This document shows positions 1 through 10,304 of a stretch of 64,000 bases of DNA, piece by piece. The notes beneath the pieces were generated by a model that had not been told where the DNA came from, did not search any database, and saw only the letters and a program-made list of their open reading frames with translations. Source of the DNA: a virus (lineage: Duplodnaviria; Caudoviricetes); the IMG/VR virus record IMGVR_UViG_3300033066_001054. The stretch is one strand, 5' to 3'. How positions within the stretch are numbered: position 1 is the stretch's first letter; the number at the start of each line of letters is the position of its first letter. The translations under genes and the position numbers were made by a program.

Positions 1-1
1 G

Positions 2-331
2 AACACTGTAATTAACTACACTGACGTTAATACGCCATACACAAGAATCACTGAGTGGAAGCATAAATATGACATTCAGTGCGAGCATTCATATATCACT
101 CGAGAGTATCCAGCAACATATGAAGAGACAGGCGAGGCTTACTATCCAATCAACGATGATACAAATAATGAACTGCACAAGAGATATCAACAATTGGCAG
201 ATGCGGATTTGTTGCTGACTGGTGGACGAAATGCAGATTACCGATATTATGATATGAACATGGTTATTCCAGCAGCCAGTCGACTGGCTGAAAAGGTAAT
301 TGGTGTAGGTAAACACGGATTCGGTGTGTAA
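2..331 (+). CDS. glf: UDP-galactopyranose mutase, C-terminal part (5' end outside the window)
   Basis: Not in the ORF track. Frame 2 reads NTVINYTDVNTPYTRITEWKH...ITREYP...EAYYPIND...GGRNADYRYYDMNMVI, stop TAA 329-331. These match the Glf motifs NYT..PYTRI.E.KH, YYP and GR.A.Y.YYDM. Confidence 0.9.
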   Translation, partial: NTVINYTDVNTPYTRITEWKHKYDIQCEHSYITREYPATYEETGEAYYPINDDTNNELHKRYQQLADADLLLTGGRNADYRYYDMNMVIPAASRLAEKVIGVGKHGFGV

Positions 332-332
332 G
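305..332 (+). promoter_or_regulatory. Putative phage promoter GTAGGT-N16-TGTAAG
   Basis: Matches a bipartite motif that recurs with a 16-nt spacer upstream of many structural genes. Confidence 0.5.
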
Positions 333-334
333 TA

Positions 335-883
335 ATGATTGTGGACGCTGAAACCCTGTCACAAATGACCAGGCTTGCCAGTGCATATGACATGCACGGT
401 CAATACGAGGCTGCAGATATTTTGGATGCAGTTCTTGTTCGCGTTGCACAGGCCACTGGGCCATTCAATATGAACACACCGATGGAGGGTCGTATGCAAA
501 AATATGACCGCTACCACGAAAAAGAACTGGATGGTGTTGAGCAAGACCGTCAAAAACACCCCAGATTAAGACCAACAGACTACGTTGACGATGGCACCAC
601 AGATGAAGACATCGGCAAAGATGAAGCAGTACCAACTGTGCCCCAGCGCAAGAAATTCAAAAAACCAGACAGTGACACCATTTTTAGCATGGACGACACC
701 GACCCCAAGAAGGGTGGCAATCCATTCCGAATGCACGATAAAGGCACTGCTGGATGGGGATTTATCACCTATGCACCGGATAGTGCTGGCATGTCTGGAC
801 TAGACAAATTCACCTGGGAAAACAAGCGCGGCATCTACGACAATGCATCGGATAGATACAAACTCTTGTTGCCGCAGACTTAA
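335..883 (+). CDS. Hypothetical protein with N-terminal AxxLDxxGxYxEADxxD-type motif (candidate head-internal protein)
   Basis: 182-aa ORF; ASAYDMHGQYEAADILD motif shared with four other proteins; start may be GTG 341. Confidence 0.75.
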   Translation: MIVDAETLSQMTRLASAYDMHGQYEAADILDAVLVRVAQATGPFNMNTPMEGRMQKYDRYHEKELDGVEQDRQKHPRLRPTDYVDDGTTDEDIGKDEAVPTVPQRKKFKKPDSDTIFSMDDTDPKKGGNPFRMHDKGTAGWGFITYAPDSAGMSGLDKFTWENKRGIYDNASDRYKLLLPQT

Positions 884-904
884 TGTGGAAACTTTCAAAA
901 AATC

Positions 905-932
905 GTAGGTGCTGCGAATACAAATTCCTAAG
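905..932 (+). promoter_or_regulatory. Putative phage promoter GTAGGT-N16-CCTAAG
   Basis: Intergenic, upstream of the 964 ORF; consensus match. Confidence 0.6.
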
Positions 933-963
933 GGCATAACAGCACCCCGCGAGGTAAAACATT

Positions 964-1485
964 ATGCCCACACCAATTGGTCTAGTATCACAACAATCAG
1001 CTTGGAATTACTTGACTCAAGGCGACGACAACTTTAGTCTTTCTGACATTCAAAAGAATCTGCTTGAAATGAGCGGTATTCCTGTTCGCGAAGCGTCTAA
1101 GACTGACCCAAGAATTGTTGTTGCGCTTGAGATGATTCTCAAGAACGAATCACAAGATTTAACTGCGCTTGCAGAAGCAGTCGGCAAACCACGACACGTA
1201 TACAACGTGCCTAGCGAAATAAGTGACTATGAATTGATTGGTCTCAAGACTGCTGGATTAGTCCAAGGTCATGGTCGAGCCGTCAGCATCACTGACAAAG
1301 GCAAGGAAGCCATTCGCATGTATTGGTTGAACTCAAGCAACAAGTACAAGGACTCTAAGTCAGCCGAGTTCGTACATCCATGGAACAAGCAAGCATCGGA
1401 TAGCGCAGACAACATCAGGACCGCGTCTATTAACCGACGAAAGTTTGCCGATAGCAACTATCGCAAATTCCAAAGCGAGGAATAA
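964..1485 (+). CDS. Hypothetical protein, possible winged-helix segment
   Basis: 173-aa ORF preceded by GAGGT; LKTAGLVQGHGRAVSITDKGKEAI resembles a wHTH wing (ITxKG). Confidence 0.7.
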   Translation: MPTPIGLVSQQSAWNYLTQGDDNFSLSDIQKNLLEMSGIPVREASKTDPRIVVALEMILKNESQDLTALAEAVGKPRHVYNVPSEISDYELIGLKTAGLVQGHGRAVSITDKGKEAIRMYWLNSSNKYKDSKSAEFVHPWNKQASDSADNIRTASINRRKFADSNYRKFQSEE

Positions 1486-1486
1486 C

Positions 1487-2260
1487 ATGAAGTCTACACT
1501 CCACGCACAGGCAAAAGAAATTGCTAAGGTAATGCATCGCATTGCCGCGTGGAGCAACGACTACCCAGAGCTCAAAAAGAAGAGCGCGAACCTTATCAAG
1601 TTGCCACCAGTGTTTCTTGGCGGAGACAATGGTTCACCTGCCGATGGCAGAAAGAACCTTGAGGCAATGATAAAGGTCTTGGCAGATTATCAGCTTAGCG
1701 GGTTGACGCTCAACGAATTGCCCCAAAGATACGCGTCTTATGGCGGGACTGTCAAAGGCGACGAAATAGGAACCAGACGAATTCATAACTGGATGCACCA
1801 AGTTGCATTCGGGATTCGCGCGGCGATGATTGAAATGAACGATGACGAAGGTGACGAGGCCATAAGAGTGGCATCAAACGTTGCTGAGGTTCTCGACCAA
1901 TCTCCGCTTGTCTTTGTAGCAAGAGAGGGCAATGAATACCGGCCGCTGCGATACGCTTCTCGAGACGCCAAAGAACGATGGCTATGCGAAGAAGTAGTGC
2001 AGCAAAGACTCGGTACAAACTACAACAGTTATGGCGCACAAATCACCGATGATGAATGGTGCCAAAACGGAGTTGGTATGCAGTATCGAGTGGCACACTC
2101 GTCACTCAAAAGCAGCATCGAAAAATTGGTGAAACAGGCTCAAAAACTAGACCAACTTGGTCAATACACAGAGGCCGACACCATAGATGAGGCTTTGTCT
2201 AAGATTCAACGAGGAAGCAATGTCTTAGACACATTCAACGACACACAGGAAGCAAATTAA
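1487..2260 (+). CDS. Hypothetical protein with C-terminal AxxLDxxGxYxEADxxD motif
   Basis: ATG 1487 follows the upstream stop with GAGGA just before it; contains AQKLDQLGQYTEADTID. Confidence 0.75.
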   Translation: MKSTLHAQAKEIAKVMHRIAAWSNDYPELKKKSANLIKLPPVFLGGDNGSPADGRKNLEAMIKVLADYQLSGLTLNELPQRYASYGGTVKGDEIGTRRIHNWMHQVAFGIRAAMIEMNDDEGDEAIRVASNVAEVLDQSPLVFVAREGNEYRPLRYASRDAKERWLCEEVVQQRLGTNYNSYGAQITDDEWCQNGVGMQYRVAHSSLKSSIEKLVKQAQKLDQLGQYTEADTIDEALSKIQRGSNVLDTFNDTQEAN

Positions 2261-2261
2261 C

Positions 2262-5200
2262 GTGAACATTAAGAATCTGCTTGGTAAGTTAAGCATTGGT
2301 CGCGCCGGAGTATCCACCGGTGCTGGTAACATTGTGCGCACAGGTGCGCCAGAAGACGCATTTCGTTCTGGCGTCGCAGAGTTTGTTCGCAAGGCACAAA
2401 CCGAAGAACCAATCGCGGCTGGAATGGGTGCTCAAACAAGCCCCAAGCGACGCATGACACATCCAGTCATGTTGGTGTCTCGTTTTAAGTATCCATACGT
2501 CAAGACCAAATCTGTACCAGGTGAAGAAGGTGAAAAACCAACCAAGGTTGAAACCGGTGAATTAGGGTGGAAAACGACCCCAAACAAAGATGTTGCTGAC
2601 GAAGCCGTTAATGGCCTTTATGCCTATGTGTTGTATCTTTATGAAGACACGGCAACTGGTCAAGATTTAGTCCTTGGTCAGCCAATTGAAGAGCAACTTG
2701 CAAAATCTAAAGCAACACAACAGCCATTGCTGGACGCTAGTATCCAACCCACTCACGTGGATACTCCAGATTGGTACAAAGCTCAAAAATCTCAAAAGGC
2801 TAAGCCAAAGCGAGTCAAGAAGTCAGGACCAGAAGATACCCTGAAAAGATTTGCCGCCGCTGGTGAAGCCGGCGATATTGATGCGCAGACCAACGATTAT
2901 TCTTCAGACCGCGAAATTGAATCTGCTGAATCGCGATACAAATTCAAGGGCAAGATTGTTCGATTTACCACCGACCCATCGAATCCAGAAGGCCAGGCTG
3001 CTAAATTTGGGGCCCATGTTGTCCCTGCGTCTAGCATGGGATATCGTGCGTATGAAGTCATGCCAAGTGCAGTGGCTGAAGATTTGTATGTAGAGCCAGA
3101 CGGAGAAGACCCATCCAAGGTACCAACCTGGACTAAGTCCATTAAAATTCCGACAGAAGAATCGCCATCCGCATATGGAACAAGTTTTAGGTACCGATTC
3201 TCCAATGGAGAACCCATTCCAACACTTAATGGCAACAAACATGTTTTGTCAGAACTGTTAAGCGTTAATGGTGAAAAAGCACCCAAAGACCCAGGCATGA
3301 ATGCCGATTTCAACATCTATGAATTCATGACTGCAAATGACCTTTGGGGGCAAATGGATAACTCAGGTCGACTGCCATCAGCAATCAAAACACAAATCGC
3401 AGATGCCGAATCAGAAATTCAATCAGCACCAGAACTTGAGCACTTCACTCTTGGCGGCGGCTCGCTTATTAATCTTGGTGGCAAAAAGGATTCTATCATG
3501 TCAGAAGAGAACCTTCTGGCTAGGGCACTGTATCATTTGCGCAATCCATCAATGTTCACTTATGTTAACACAGATGGAACCGAAGCATTTCGCCCTCGCG
3601 TAGCTGATGAACCAAACATTGCGCCATTAGCAACCCTAGACAAGCAATTACACGCCGCGCGACAGGCATATCGAGAACTATACGAACAACTCAGTCCAGC
3701 AGAAAGAAAAGCCAGTCCAGAACTTGCGGAGGCCGCAGAGCGAGCTAATCAAATCGGCATCAAGTTTGTTGATTTGATGGCGGCTAAATATCCGTCCAAA
3801 TTGCGCGAATTCGCACTCAAACAACCATATGTTGGTCACGCGCCTTCCGGCGAGCACAATAAACCTGGAGGAAAACACGAAAGTGCATATTCTCTAAGTC
3901 CAACATCTCATTTGTCAGACCAGGGCAAAACACTTGCGACTTATGAATCAGGTGGAGGATTGCAAAAACTCAATGACGACGACAGAAAGCTGTATGCACT
4001 TGTCAAGTCATTCGAACGCAATGCCGACAATGCGCTTAATAACCAGGCAAAAACACTACACAACCAGAAGCATGCCAAGCTGGTTGAGTCACCATCCGAA
4101 TCTGGTGAACCATACAAAATTCCCACTCCGCGCGACGCCGGTGGGGAATGGTCTGAAGCTGCCGGAAAGTCTATCGACTTCATGGAGAATCACTGGTTGC
4201 AAAACCATTTCTTGAGCGCAGAAGACAGGACTGCAATTTCAGAATTGCAAAACAAACTTGCGGCCGAAGGAAAGCAGTATACATGGGGTCAGGTAGCTAT
4301 TGCATATCTGAAGAACCAAGATAGGCTTAAGGTCAAAAAGTTCACCGAGCGCATTGGGATGCTTCATTCACCAGAGCACTTCTCGATAGAGGGGCCGTTC
4401 ACATTCAAATTGTCAGTAGACAATGCAGAAGACAGCAATGATAGCAATGACACTGAGTCATTCACGTTGTACAACTACATCCCAATTTCAGAGGCCGGCC
4501 AAAAACTAAAGAACGATGTAATCAAACAGCATCTTTTTAACAGTAAAGAAGTTGAACTAGCCGAACGTGTTTTTGACAGAAAACCATTCAATAATGGTGA
4601 CGGCACAGAGGAGGAGCATGAAAACAATGCTTTGTTTTCCATTTGGGCTAGTTGGGCAATAAAAGCCAAGCGGGCACAAGTCGCAGAGCGCACCAAAAAG
4701 GCATTGGCATTGCAAGAAGCCAAGGAGAAATCCAAGACTGAAAATGCCAGGGGCAAGCCTAATGGCTGGCCATATGCTCTAACATCTCAAAAGTTTAGTG
4801 ACGAGGAGCGAGCAGAATTTGCTGGCAACCTTGAGGAATTTGTCAATGATATTAAGTACAAAGCCGGAGCGGTAATTGACCATGAGCGCAAAGTAGTCTA
4901 TATCAATCCAGATGGTTCTCAGGTCAAACTGCCAAACTCATTGCCTGTGCAACTGCCGGCTGGTGCCAAAATGCCAATGCCGACATCGAGGCTAAAAAGA
5001 ATCAAGGACAAAGATGTACTAGCGCAATACGGCATCGTGTCAATTAAAAATGTGCTATACAGTACTGCAAACAGTCAGCCTGTTGCAGTACAAGATGATG
5101 CGTTAGTCATTGGCGACGATATAGTCCCGTTGGAATCCTTGCGCGAAATGACCGATAGTGAAATTTTAGACAACTATCGACTGTTTCAGCGCAACGGCAA

Positions 5201-8200
5201 GTATTATTCTGTTGCTGAAAAAGACAGGGTGACTGGTCCCATTACAGAAGTTTTGGCCCGGGGCGGAGAGAAAATTGCGTTACCGACTGAAACACTTGAT
5301 GAAAACGGACTACAATTGCTTATCAAATACACTGAGCAAACTACGGGGCAAAAACTTCGTGGCGGGCAAGTACACACATATGAATCTGATGATGATAAAA
5401 TCAAGATGAGTGGCGTGTACTCCGAAATGCTTAACAACGGTGCTTCGCCAAAAAATGCATACGAGCAGGCCAAAAAGGCTGTTATGCGTGAAAAGCTCAA
5501 TAGCGTTGCTGTGCAATGTCTTTCTGGTAGAGAACAAGCAAATCCAACATACATGCACGCAGCTAAGCACTGGGCTCCAAGAATGATTGAAACAATACAA
5601 TCACTAGGAGACAAGGACGAATTAGAGCTTATAGCCGAAAACTACGGCGGGTTTGATAACTTATTGATGGCAGCAAAATCTGGCGAACTTGACGCCGATG
5701 ACGCTAAAAGTCTTGTAGATACGTACAATGTTGTTACCGGAACAACACCACAACAAGGTGCGTACATCAAGCCGATAATGCAAGATGCTTTACTGCATGG
5801 ATATCAAAAAGATTCAACGCCTGGATTGCCCAACAACAAGTTCTGGCATATGATGATGTCTAATGCAGGTCGTAGATTCCTAGACAGAAAGATTGACAGC
5901 GAATCTGGTAATGATTTGGCAAGCCAAGCAATGCTTCATTTGATTGAAAAGCCAGAATCACCACTTGAAGGGTATGATTTGCATAGGATTTTACCAAAGT
6001 CATCGGTGGCATTGTTAGAAAAAACACTTAAGCCAGAAGAACGGTTAATGCAACGTGCAAACGCGCGATATAAAACAGGAAAGCGCACAGTTGTTGAAGA
6101 ATGGCAGGCAAAACCTTTGCCAAGATTGTTATTCGACCACATTGATTGGATGGTAACGCCTGGTATTTTCCCCCAAGAAATAATTGACCAGGCCCGAGAG
6201 CTGGCGGGTACTGAATTGGTTAAACAAGAACGTCTCAAGATGTTTCCTGATGATATCAGTAAGATGTTCCCTGGGGCAACTGATGAAGAGGATTCTCAAA
6301 AGACTCTCGAGGAAAAGGCTGCCCAAGACCCAGTAAAACGAAGGTTCCTAAATCAGCTCAATTATGCCACTGCTGTGGCTATTGTTCTACAACGCCAGGC
6401 GTCACAATCAGAGAAGCACCCGCAACAAGATATCTGGGATATCATCATGGATGAACCAGGTCTTGACCCGGCTTCTCCACAGTGGAATGCCAAGCATAAA
6501 CTCGCACAGCACGAAGCACAAATACAAAAAACCTCTGATGCTGTGCAAGAACAAGCAAAATTGAGAGAGCAACTTTCAATCAAGAGCATGTTCGATGTGC
6601 CAGATGATGTGCCAGTTGTCCAAATTAGCAATGAAGAAGCAGACGCGATTATTGACCAACCAATGGTTAATGCGCTCACTACATCATTGTTGCAGTCAGA
6701 AGACAGAGACAAGATTAGTGTTTTGGGCAAAGCAAATCGCGCCATGTATAACGAGGCCACTAGTTCAAAGAGTGGTCATGCCAGGGGCGTTGTATATCCC
6801 AAGAATTCAGTGGCTGTTACAAGCACAACGCCATTGATGATAACAGACGAAGAAGGCAGAGAGCGCGATGTTACTGGATACACACCAGAAGAGTATGAGG
6901 GTGTTCACAACGAGGGTGAGGCACCGCTCTATAGTGATGAAAAGGGATTGCCAAAAGAACTTTTGGCAATGATTAACAAAAACACCAAAAACATACTTCA
7001 GGGCACTGACAACGAAGAGGGTCTGACATTTTTGGGTGAGTTTAGACAAAAACTCAACAAAGACTTGATGGGTGAAAACCAGGGTCACATCAATCGTGCT
7101 CAAAGGGCTGAGGCAATGTACACCATGATATACAACCTGGTGTCTAAGTCAAAGAAAAGCCTGTCTGACAATGAAAAGAGGTTGGCGAGGGCCGAGGCAA
7201 ACAACGCCAATAGAACCACTATCAACTCGCTCAAAGCCGAGATTGAAAATGACACAAATATCTTGTCTATGATTGAGTCATACGATGTGTTTGAGCATCT
7301 GTCCAAGATGGTTCATTGGGGTCGAGAGTTCAGCAAAGTCGTCAACAAACTTGAGGATTTGGGTCTACAGGAGAGAGAAATTACATCTCATCTTCTTGAC
7401 AGATACCCAAGCGCTCAGCAAAACATGATGGCTGCGGCAAGGATGTATGAACCAGATAGTGCAGACGAGCTTGTTAGTATAGGTCGAGCAAAAACCAAAT
7501 ATCACCAAGAGATAAAGGACGCGGCACTGGCGTATGACCAATCTGCTAAGGAATTGTGGAACTTTCTCACGAGGACGACATACATGGACAAGCGCAATAT
7601 CGCAAAGCTCGAAGCCATGGGCATGGGTCTGAACATTAGCCAATCCGGTGCAGAGCAAGAATCAAGGCTGACTCAAGATGACCGCGATGAAGTCTCGAAT
7701 ATGGTATTTGACAAACTTGACAAAGAAGCCAGGTGGTTTGAGAACCCAAGCAATAGAATCCCAGCATATCAAGGGTCTGCACTCGGTGTTGAACAACCCA
7801 AAAAGGGTGAAGCAACAGTACCAATTGACTCATTGACACTGCCAGGTGACAAGAAAGAAATACCTAACGGAATTAACCCCATAGACCTGTACAAATTCTT
7901 GTCGCGTCGAGGTGTGCTTTTTGCACTTGAAATGAGCAAACTGGATAAAATTTCCGGCAGACAAAAAACTGCTGGTGCGCAAGGAAAATACACTCAAGAC
8001 TTTACTCAGCCAAAAGATATGGCGTGGTTTGTGCATAACTGGTTGCAAAACACACACATTCCAGACGGGGTTCTGGTGCCTGGGGCCAATGGTCTCAACA
8101 CACTTGACACCGCAATTGGTGAGATAGAACGCAGATTCGCCAAGCCTGGTGGTATTTATTGGAGTAATGCTGGTGAATATAACCCATTGCTTGAGCACGC

Positions 8201-9881
8201 AGATGTGACCGCAATGGGTTATAGCCTGCTTGCAAAATATGTAGACCAATTCGCGAAAAATAGCGCGGACAAATCCAGGGTTAATGAGTTTATTAGCGCC
8301 GCATGTGATATGATTCCAAAAGATGTTGAAAACATTCACAACAGCGTTGGTTACGACAAACTCTCGGATGATATCAAGAACAAGGTAGATGACGCCATTA
8401 AAGTGGCGGCCAACGCAGGCAAGAACCCTGGGTTGGTGGATAGGCTGAAACAGGAATACGTAAACAAGAAAAATCAATACGTGGGCACTGACAAAGACAA
8501 CTTCTCTGAAGCCAAAACTGCTGTGTCAATGCAAATCGCAAATCATAATGTCATCAATGAATTAGTCCATATGTCGCCAGATAATCAACTATTTGTCAAC
8601 AATGGTTCTGAATGGGCGTTTGGTGGTGATTTTGAGACCATCTCGGCTTATATTGCGCACACTATTGCACAAGAAGTTATTGCATCAATTAAACACCTTG
8701 AGCGGCCTGGTAACTGGGAATTGGTAGGATTGTCACCAATTCAAATTTACACAAGAATGAAGCCTGGTGATAGGCTTGATGTCAATGATATTGACGCTTA
8801 CATGTCTCAGAGATTGTCAGAGTTCCAAAAGCTGTTAACATCGCAATGGAAAGTTGAGTCTATCAGCGATATGAACGAAGATGGTGAGCAATCAGGATTT
8901 CATCGAGACATCAAGAAAATCATCAACGATGCCGCAGGAACACTTCATAATTTGCTTTACGACAGTATGGGTGGTGGTGGCCAGGATATTCAAGTGCCTT
9001 TGTCACATGCTATGCGTGAGTTGCAATCTGACGCACAGTTGGTTAATACAAAATTCCAAGAAGACCTGTATGAAAAAATCAATGACCCAAGCAAAGACTT
9101 GCGAGGCGTACATGATGAACACATATTACCGGCACTAAGGGCGGCTAATAAAGACGGTGTCGACTTGGCAACTGCCAAGGCTATACGTAAATGGTCGGCA
9201 GGAGAACTGGAGTGGCCGTTGGTTACGCTTGGTGTCAAAAACAATGTGCGTGAGCCAGCAAAGGGCGAGACCCCAGAGGCATATGCACAATATCTGGCAA
9301 GTTTGGCCAACGAAGGTAAGAAGAGTGCAGAATCATTGATTGGATATGGTCCGTCATCTGTCAAGCGCATTTCAGCATCTGCACTTCGTAATGATGAGCT
9401 TGCGGGCAAAATACACCCCATGCTTTCTCACCAGATTGCACACCGGCTAGATTATTTGAGAAACAGCGATGACTACAACGCCGCCGTCAAAAACAGCGAA
9501 AAAGCCCACTTCCAAAATATGAAGAAAAAGGGTCAATATGGTCAATATGCTGACGTACCGCCAGGCAGCAACAAGTTCGTAAATGGAAACATTGGCGTAC
9601 TTAGCCTAGACGGCTTGCACCCATTGCATTCGTACATATCTGGCGGCTACCAGGTTGGGCGACATGGCAACGCAAAGGACAAAAGGGGTCTAAGACAAGT
9701 TGCGCCCGAACCACAACAAGTACCAAATGTACCTGTTCAGGTTCCTGTTGATGACGCAGAAAAGCAGGCTGCAGTCATTGATAAACTTGTGCGATATGCG
9801 CTCAAGCTAGATGCAAAGGGTAGATTCGCAGAAGCAGACTTGGTTGACTCGTTAATTCATAAGCTAGAGGTGATGGTGTGA
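2262..9881 (+). CDS. Giant 2539-aa hypothetical protein, candidate head-internal/ejection protein
   Basis: Uninterrupted ORF with no catalytic motif recognised; C-terminal ALKLDAKGRFAEADLVD motif. Confidence 0.8.
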   Translation: MNIKNLLGKLSIGRAGVSTGAGNIVRTGAPEDAFRSGVAEFVRKAQTEEPIAAGMGAQTSPKRRMTHPVMLVSRFKYPYVKTKSVPGEEGEKPTKVETGELGWKTTPNKDVADEAVNGLYAYVLYLYEDTATGQDLVLGQPIEEQLAKSKATQQPLLDASIQPTHVDTPDWYKAQKSQKAKPKRVKKSGPEDTLKRFAAAGEAGDIDAQTNDYSSDREIESAESRYKFKGKIVRFTTDPSNPEGQAAKFGAHVVPASSMGYRAYEVMPSAVAEDLYVEPDGEDPSKVPTWTKSIKIPTEESPSAYGTSFRYRFSNGEPIPTLNGNKHVLSELLSVNGEKAPKDPGMNADFNIYEFMTANDLWGQMDNSGRLPSAIKTQIADAESEIQSAPELEHFTLGGGSLINLGGKKDSIMSEENLLARALYHLRNPSMFTYVNTDGTEAFRPRVADEPNIAPLATLDKQLHAARQAYRELYEQLSPAERKASPELAEAAERANQIGIKFVDLMAAKYPSKLREFALKQPYVGHAPSGEHNKPGGKHESAYSLSPTSHLSDQGKTLATYESGGGLQKLNDDDRKLYALVKSFERNADNALNNQAKTLHNQKHAKLVESPSESGEPYKIPTPRDAGGEWSEAAGKSIDFMENHWLQNHFLSAEDRTAISELQNKLAAEGKQYTWGQVAIAYLKNQDRLKVKKFTERIGMLHSPEHFSIEGPFTFKLSVDNAEDSNDSNDTESFTLYNYIPISEAGQKLKNDVIKQHLFNSKEVELAERVFDRKPFNNGDGTEEEHENNALFSIWASWAIKAKRAQVAERTKKALALQEAKEKSKTENARGKPNGWPYALTSQKFSDEERAEFAGNLEEFVNDIKYKAGAVIDHERKVVYINPDGSQVKLPNSLPVQLPAGAKMPMPTSRLKRIKDKDVLAQYGIVSIKNVLYSTANSQPVAVQDDALVIGDDIVPLESLREMTDSEILDNYRLFQRNGKYYSVAEKDRVTGPITEVLARGGEKIALPTETLDENGLQLLIKYTEQTTGQKLRGGQVHTYESDDDKIKMSGVYSEMLNNGASPKNAYEQAKKAVMREKLNSVAVQCLSGREQANPTYMHAAKHWAPRMIETIQSLGDKDELELIAENYGGFDNLLMAAKSGELDADDAKSLVDTYNVVTGTTPQQGAYIKPIMQDALLHGYQKDSTPGLPNNKFWHMMMSNAGRRFLDRKIDSESGNDLASQAMLHLIEKPESPLEGYDLHRILPKSSVALLEKTLKPEERLMQRANARYKTGKRTVVEEWQAKPLPRLLFDHIDWMVTPGIFPQEIIDQARELAGTELVKQERLKMFPDDISKMFPGATDEEDSQKTLEEKAAQDPVKRRFLNQLNYATAVAIVLQRQASQSEKHPQQDIWDIIMDEPGLDPASPQWNAKHKLAQHEAQIQKTSDAVQEQAKLREQLSIKSMFDVPDDVPVVQISNEEADAIIDQPMVNALTTSLLQSEDRDKISVLGKANRAMYNEATSSKSGHARGVVYPKNSVAVTSTTPLMITDEEGRERDVTGYTPEEYEGVHNEGEAPLYSDEKGLPKELLAMINKNTKNILQGTDNEEGLTFLGEFRQKLNKDLMGENQGHINRAQRAEAMYTMIYNLVSKSKKSLSDNEKRLARAEANNANRTTINSLKAEIENDTNILSMIESYDVFEHLSKMVHWGREFSKVVNKLEDLGLQEREITSHLLDRYPSAQQNMMAAARMYEPDSADELVSIGRAKTKYHQEIKDAALAYDQSAKELWNFLTRTTYMDKRNIAKLEAMGMGLNISQSGAEQESRLTQDDRDEVSNMVFDKLDKEARWFENPSNRIPAYQGSALGVEQPKKGEATVPIDSLTLPGDKKEIPNGINPIDLYKFLSRRGVLFALEMSKLDKISGRQKTAGAQGKYTQDFTQPKDMAWFVHNWLQNTHIPDGVLVPGANGLNTLDTAIGEIERRFAKPGGIYWSNAGEYNPLLEHADVTAMGYSLLAKYVDQFAKNSADKSRVNEFISAACDMIPKDVENIHNSVGYDKLSDDIKNKVDDAIKVAANAGKNPGLVDRLKQEYVNKKNQYVGTDKDNFSEAKTAVSMQIANHNVINELVHMSPDNQLFVNNGSEWAFGGDFETISAYIAHTIAQEVIASIKHLERPGNWELVGLSPIQIYTRMKPGDRLDVNDIDAYMSQRLSEFQKLLTSQWKVESISDMNEDGEQSGFHRDIKKIINDAAGTLHNLLYDSMGGGGQDIQVPLSHAMRELQSDAQLVNTKFQEDLYEKINDPSKDLRGVHDEHILPALRAANKDGVDLATAKAIRKWSAGELEWPLVTLGVKNNVREPAKGETPEAYAQYLASLANEGKKSAESLIGYGPSSVKRISASALRNDELAGKIHPMLSHQIAHRLDYLRNSDDYNAAVKNSEKAHFQNMKKKGQYGQYADVPPGSNKFVNGNIGVLSLDGLHPLHSYISGGYQVGRHGNAKDKRGLRQVAPEPQQVPNVPVQVPVDDAEKQAAVIDKLVRYALKLDAKGRFAEADLVDSLIHKLEVMV

Positions 9882-10279
9882 ACCAGCGACTAGCAGTTAG
9901 ATTTGTCGCAGATTGCGATAAAACACGGACTCGCGGACTAATGTTCGCGAGTCCACTTGACCAAAACGAAATTGCACTATTCGTGTTCCCGCGAGCTGAG
10001 CGACATGCGTTTTGGAACAAGAACGTCGAGTTCCCATTGGACTTGGCGTTCCTCGATGAGAATGGTAAGGTTGTAGACTTCAAACATTTGGACGCACAGT
10101 CCGAATCAAGTGTCAGACCTGATAGCCCGGCACGCTTCGTAGTAGAGGCTGCAAAGGGCACATTCGACCGTTTGAACGTCGCGATGGGCGACTATCTTCT
10201 CTATGAAGGTTCAAACATGACAGTTGTGCGCACGAATCAGCAGGTGAATGCTAGGCATGCGTATAAGATAATCAATTAG
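9878..10279 (+). CDS. DUF192-family protein
   Basis: RTRGLMF...LFVFP...FWNKNVEFPLDLAFLDENGKVV...ARFVVE matches the DUF192 pattern; GTGA overlap with the upstream gene. Confidence 0.85.
   Translation: MNQRLAVRFVADCDKTRTRGLMFASPLDQNEIALFVFPRAERHAFWNKNVEFPLDLAFLDENGKVVDFKHLDAQSESSVRPDSPARFVVEAAKGTFDRLNVAMGDYLLYEGSNMTVVRTNQQVNARHAYKIIN
10240..10267 (+). promoter_or_regulatory. Putative phage promoter GCAGGT-N16-TATAAG
   Basis: Consensus match upstream of the 10305 ORF. Confidence 0.5.
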
Positions 10280-10304
10280 GCATCCGTGGAGGATACACAG
10301 AAAA

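Noticed and set aside
2262-9881. Virion RNA polymerase or tape measure protein
   Set aside because: No DxDGD or convincing T7-type motifs were found, and there are no tape-measure-like periodic repeats or tail-gene context. It is left as unknown.
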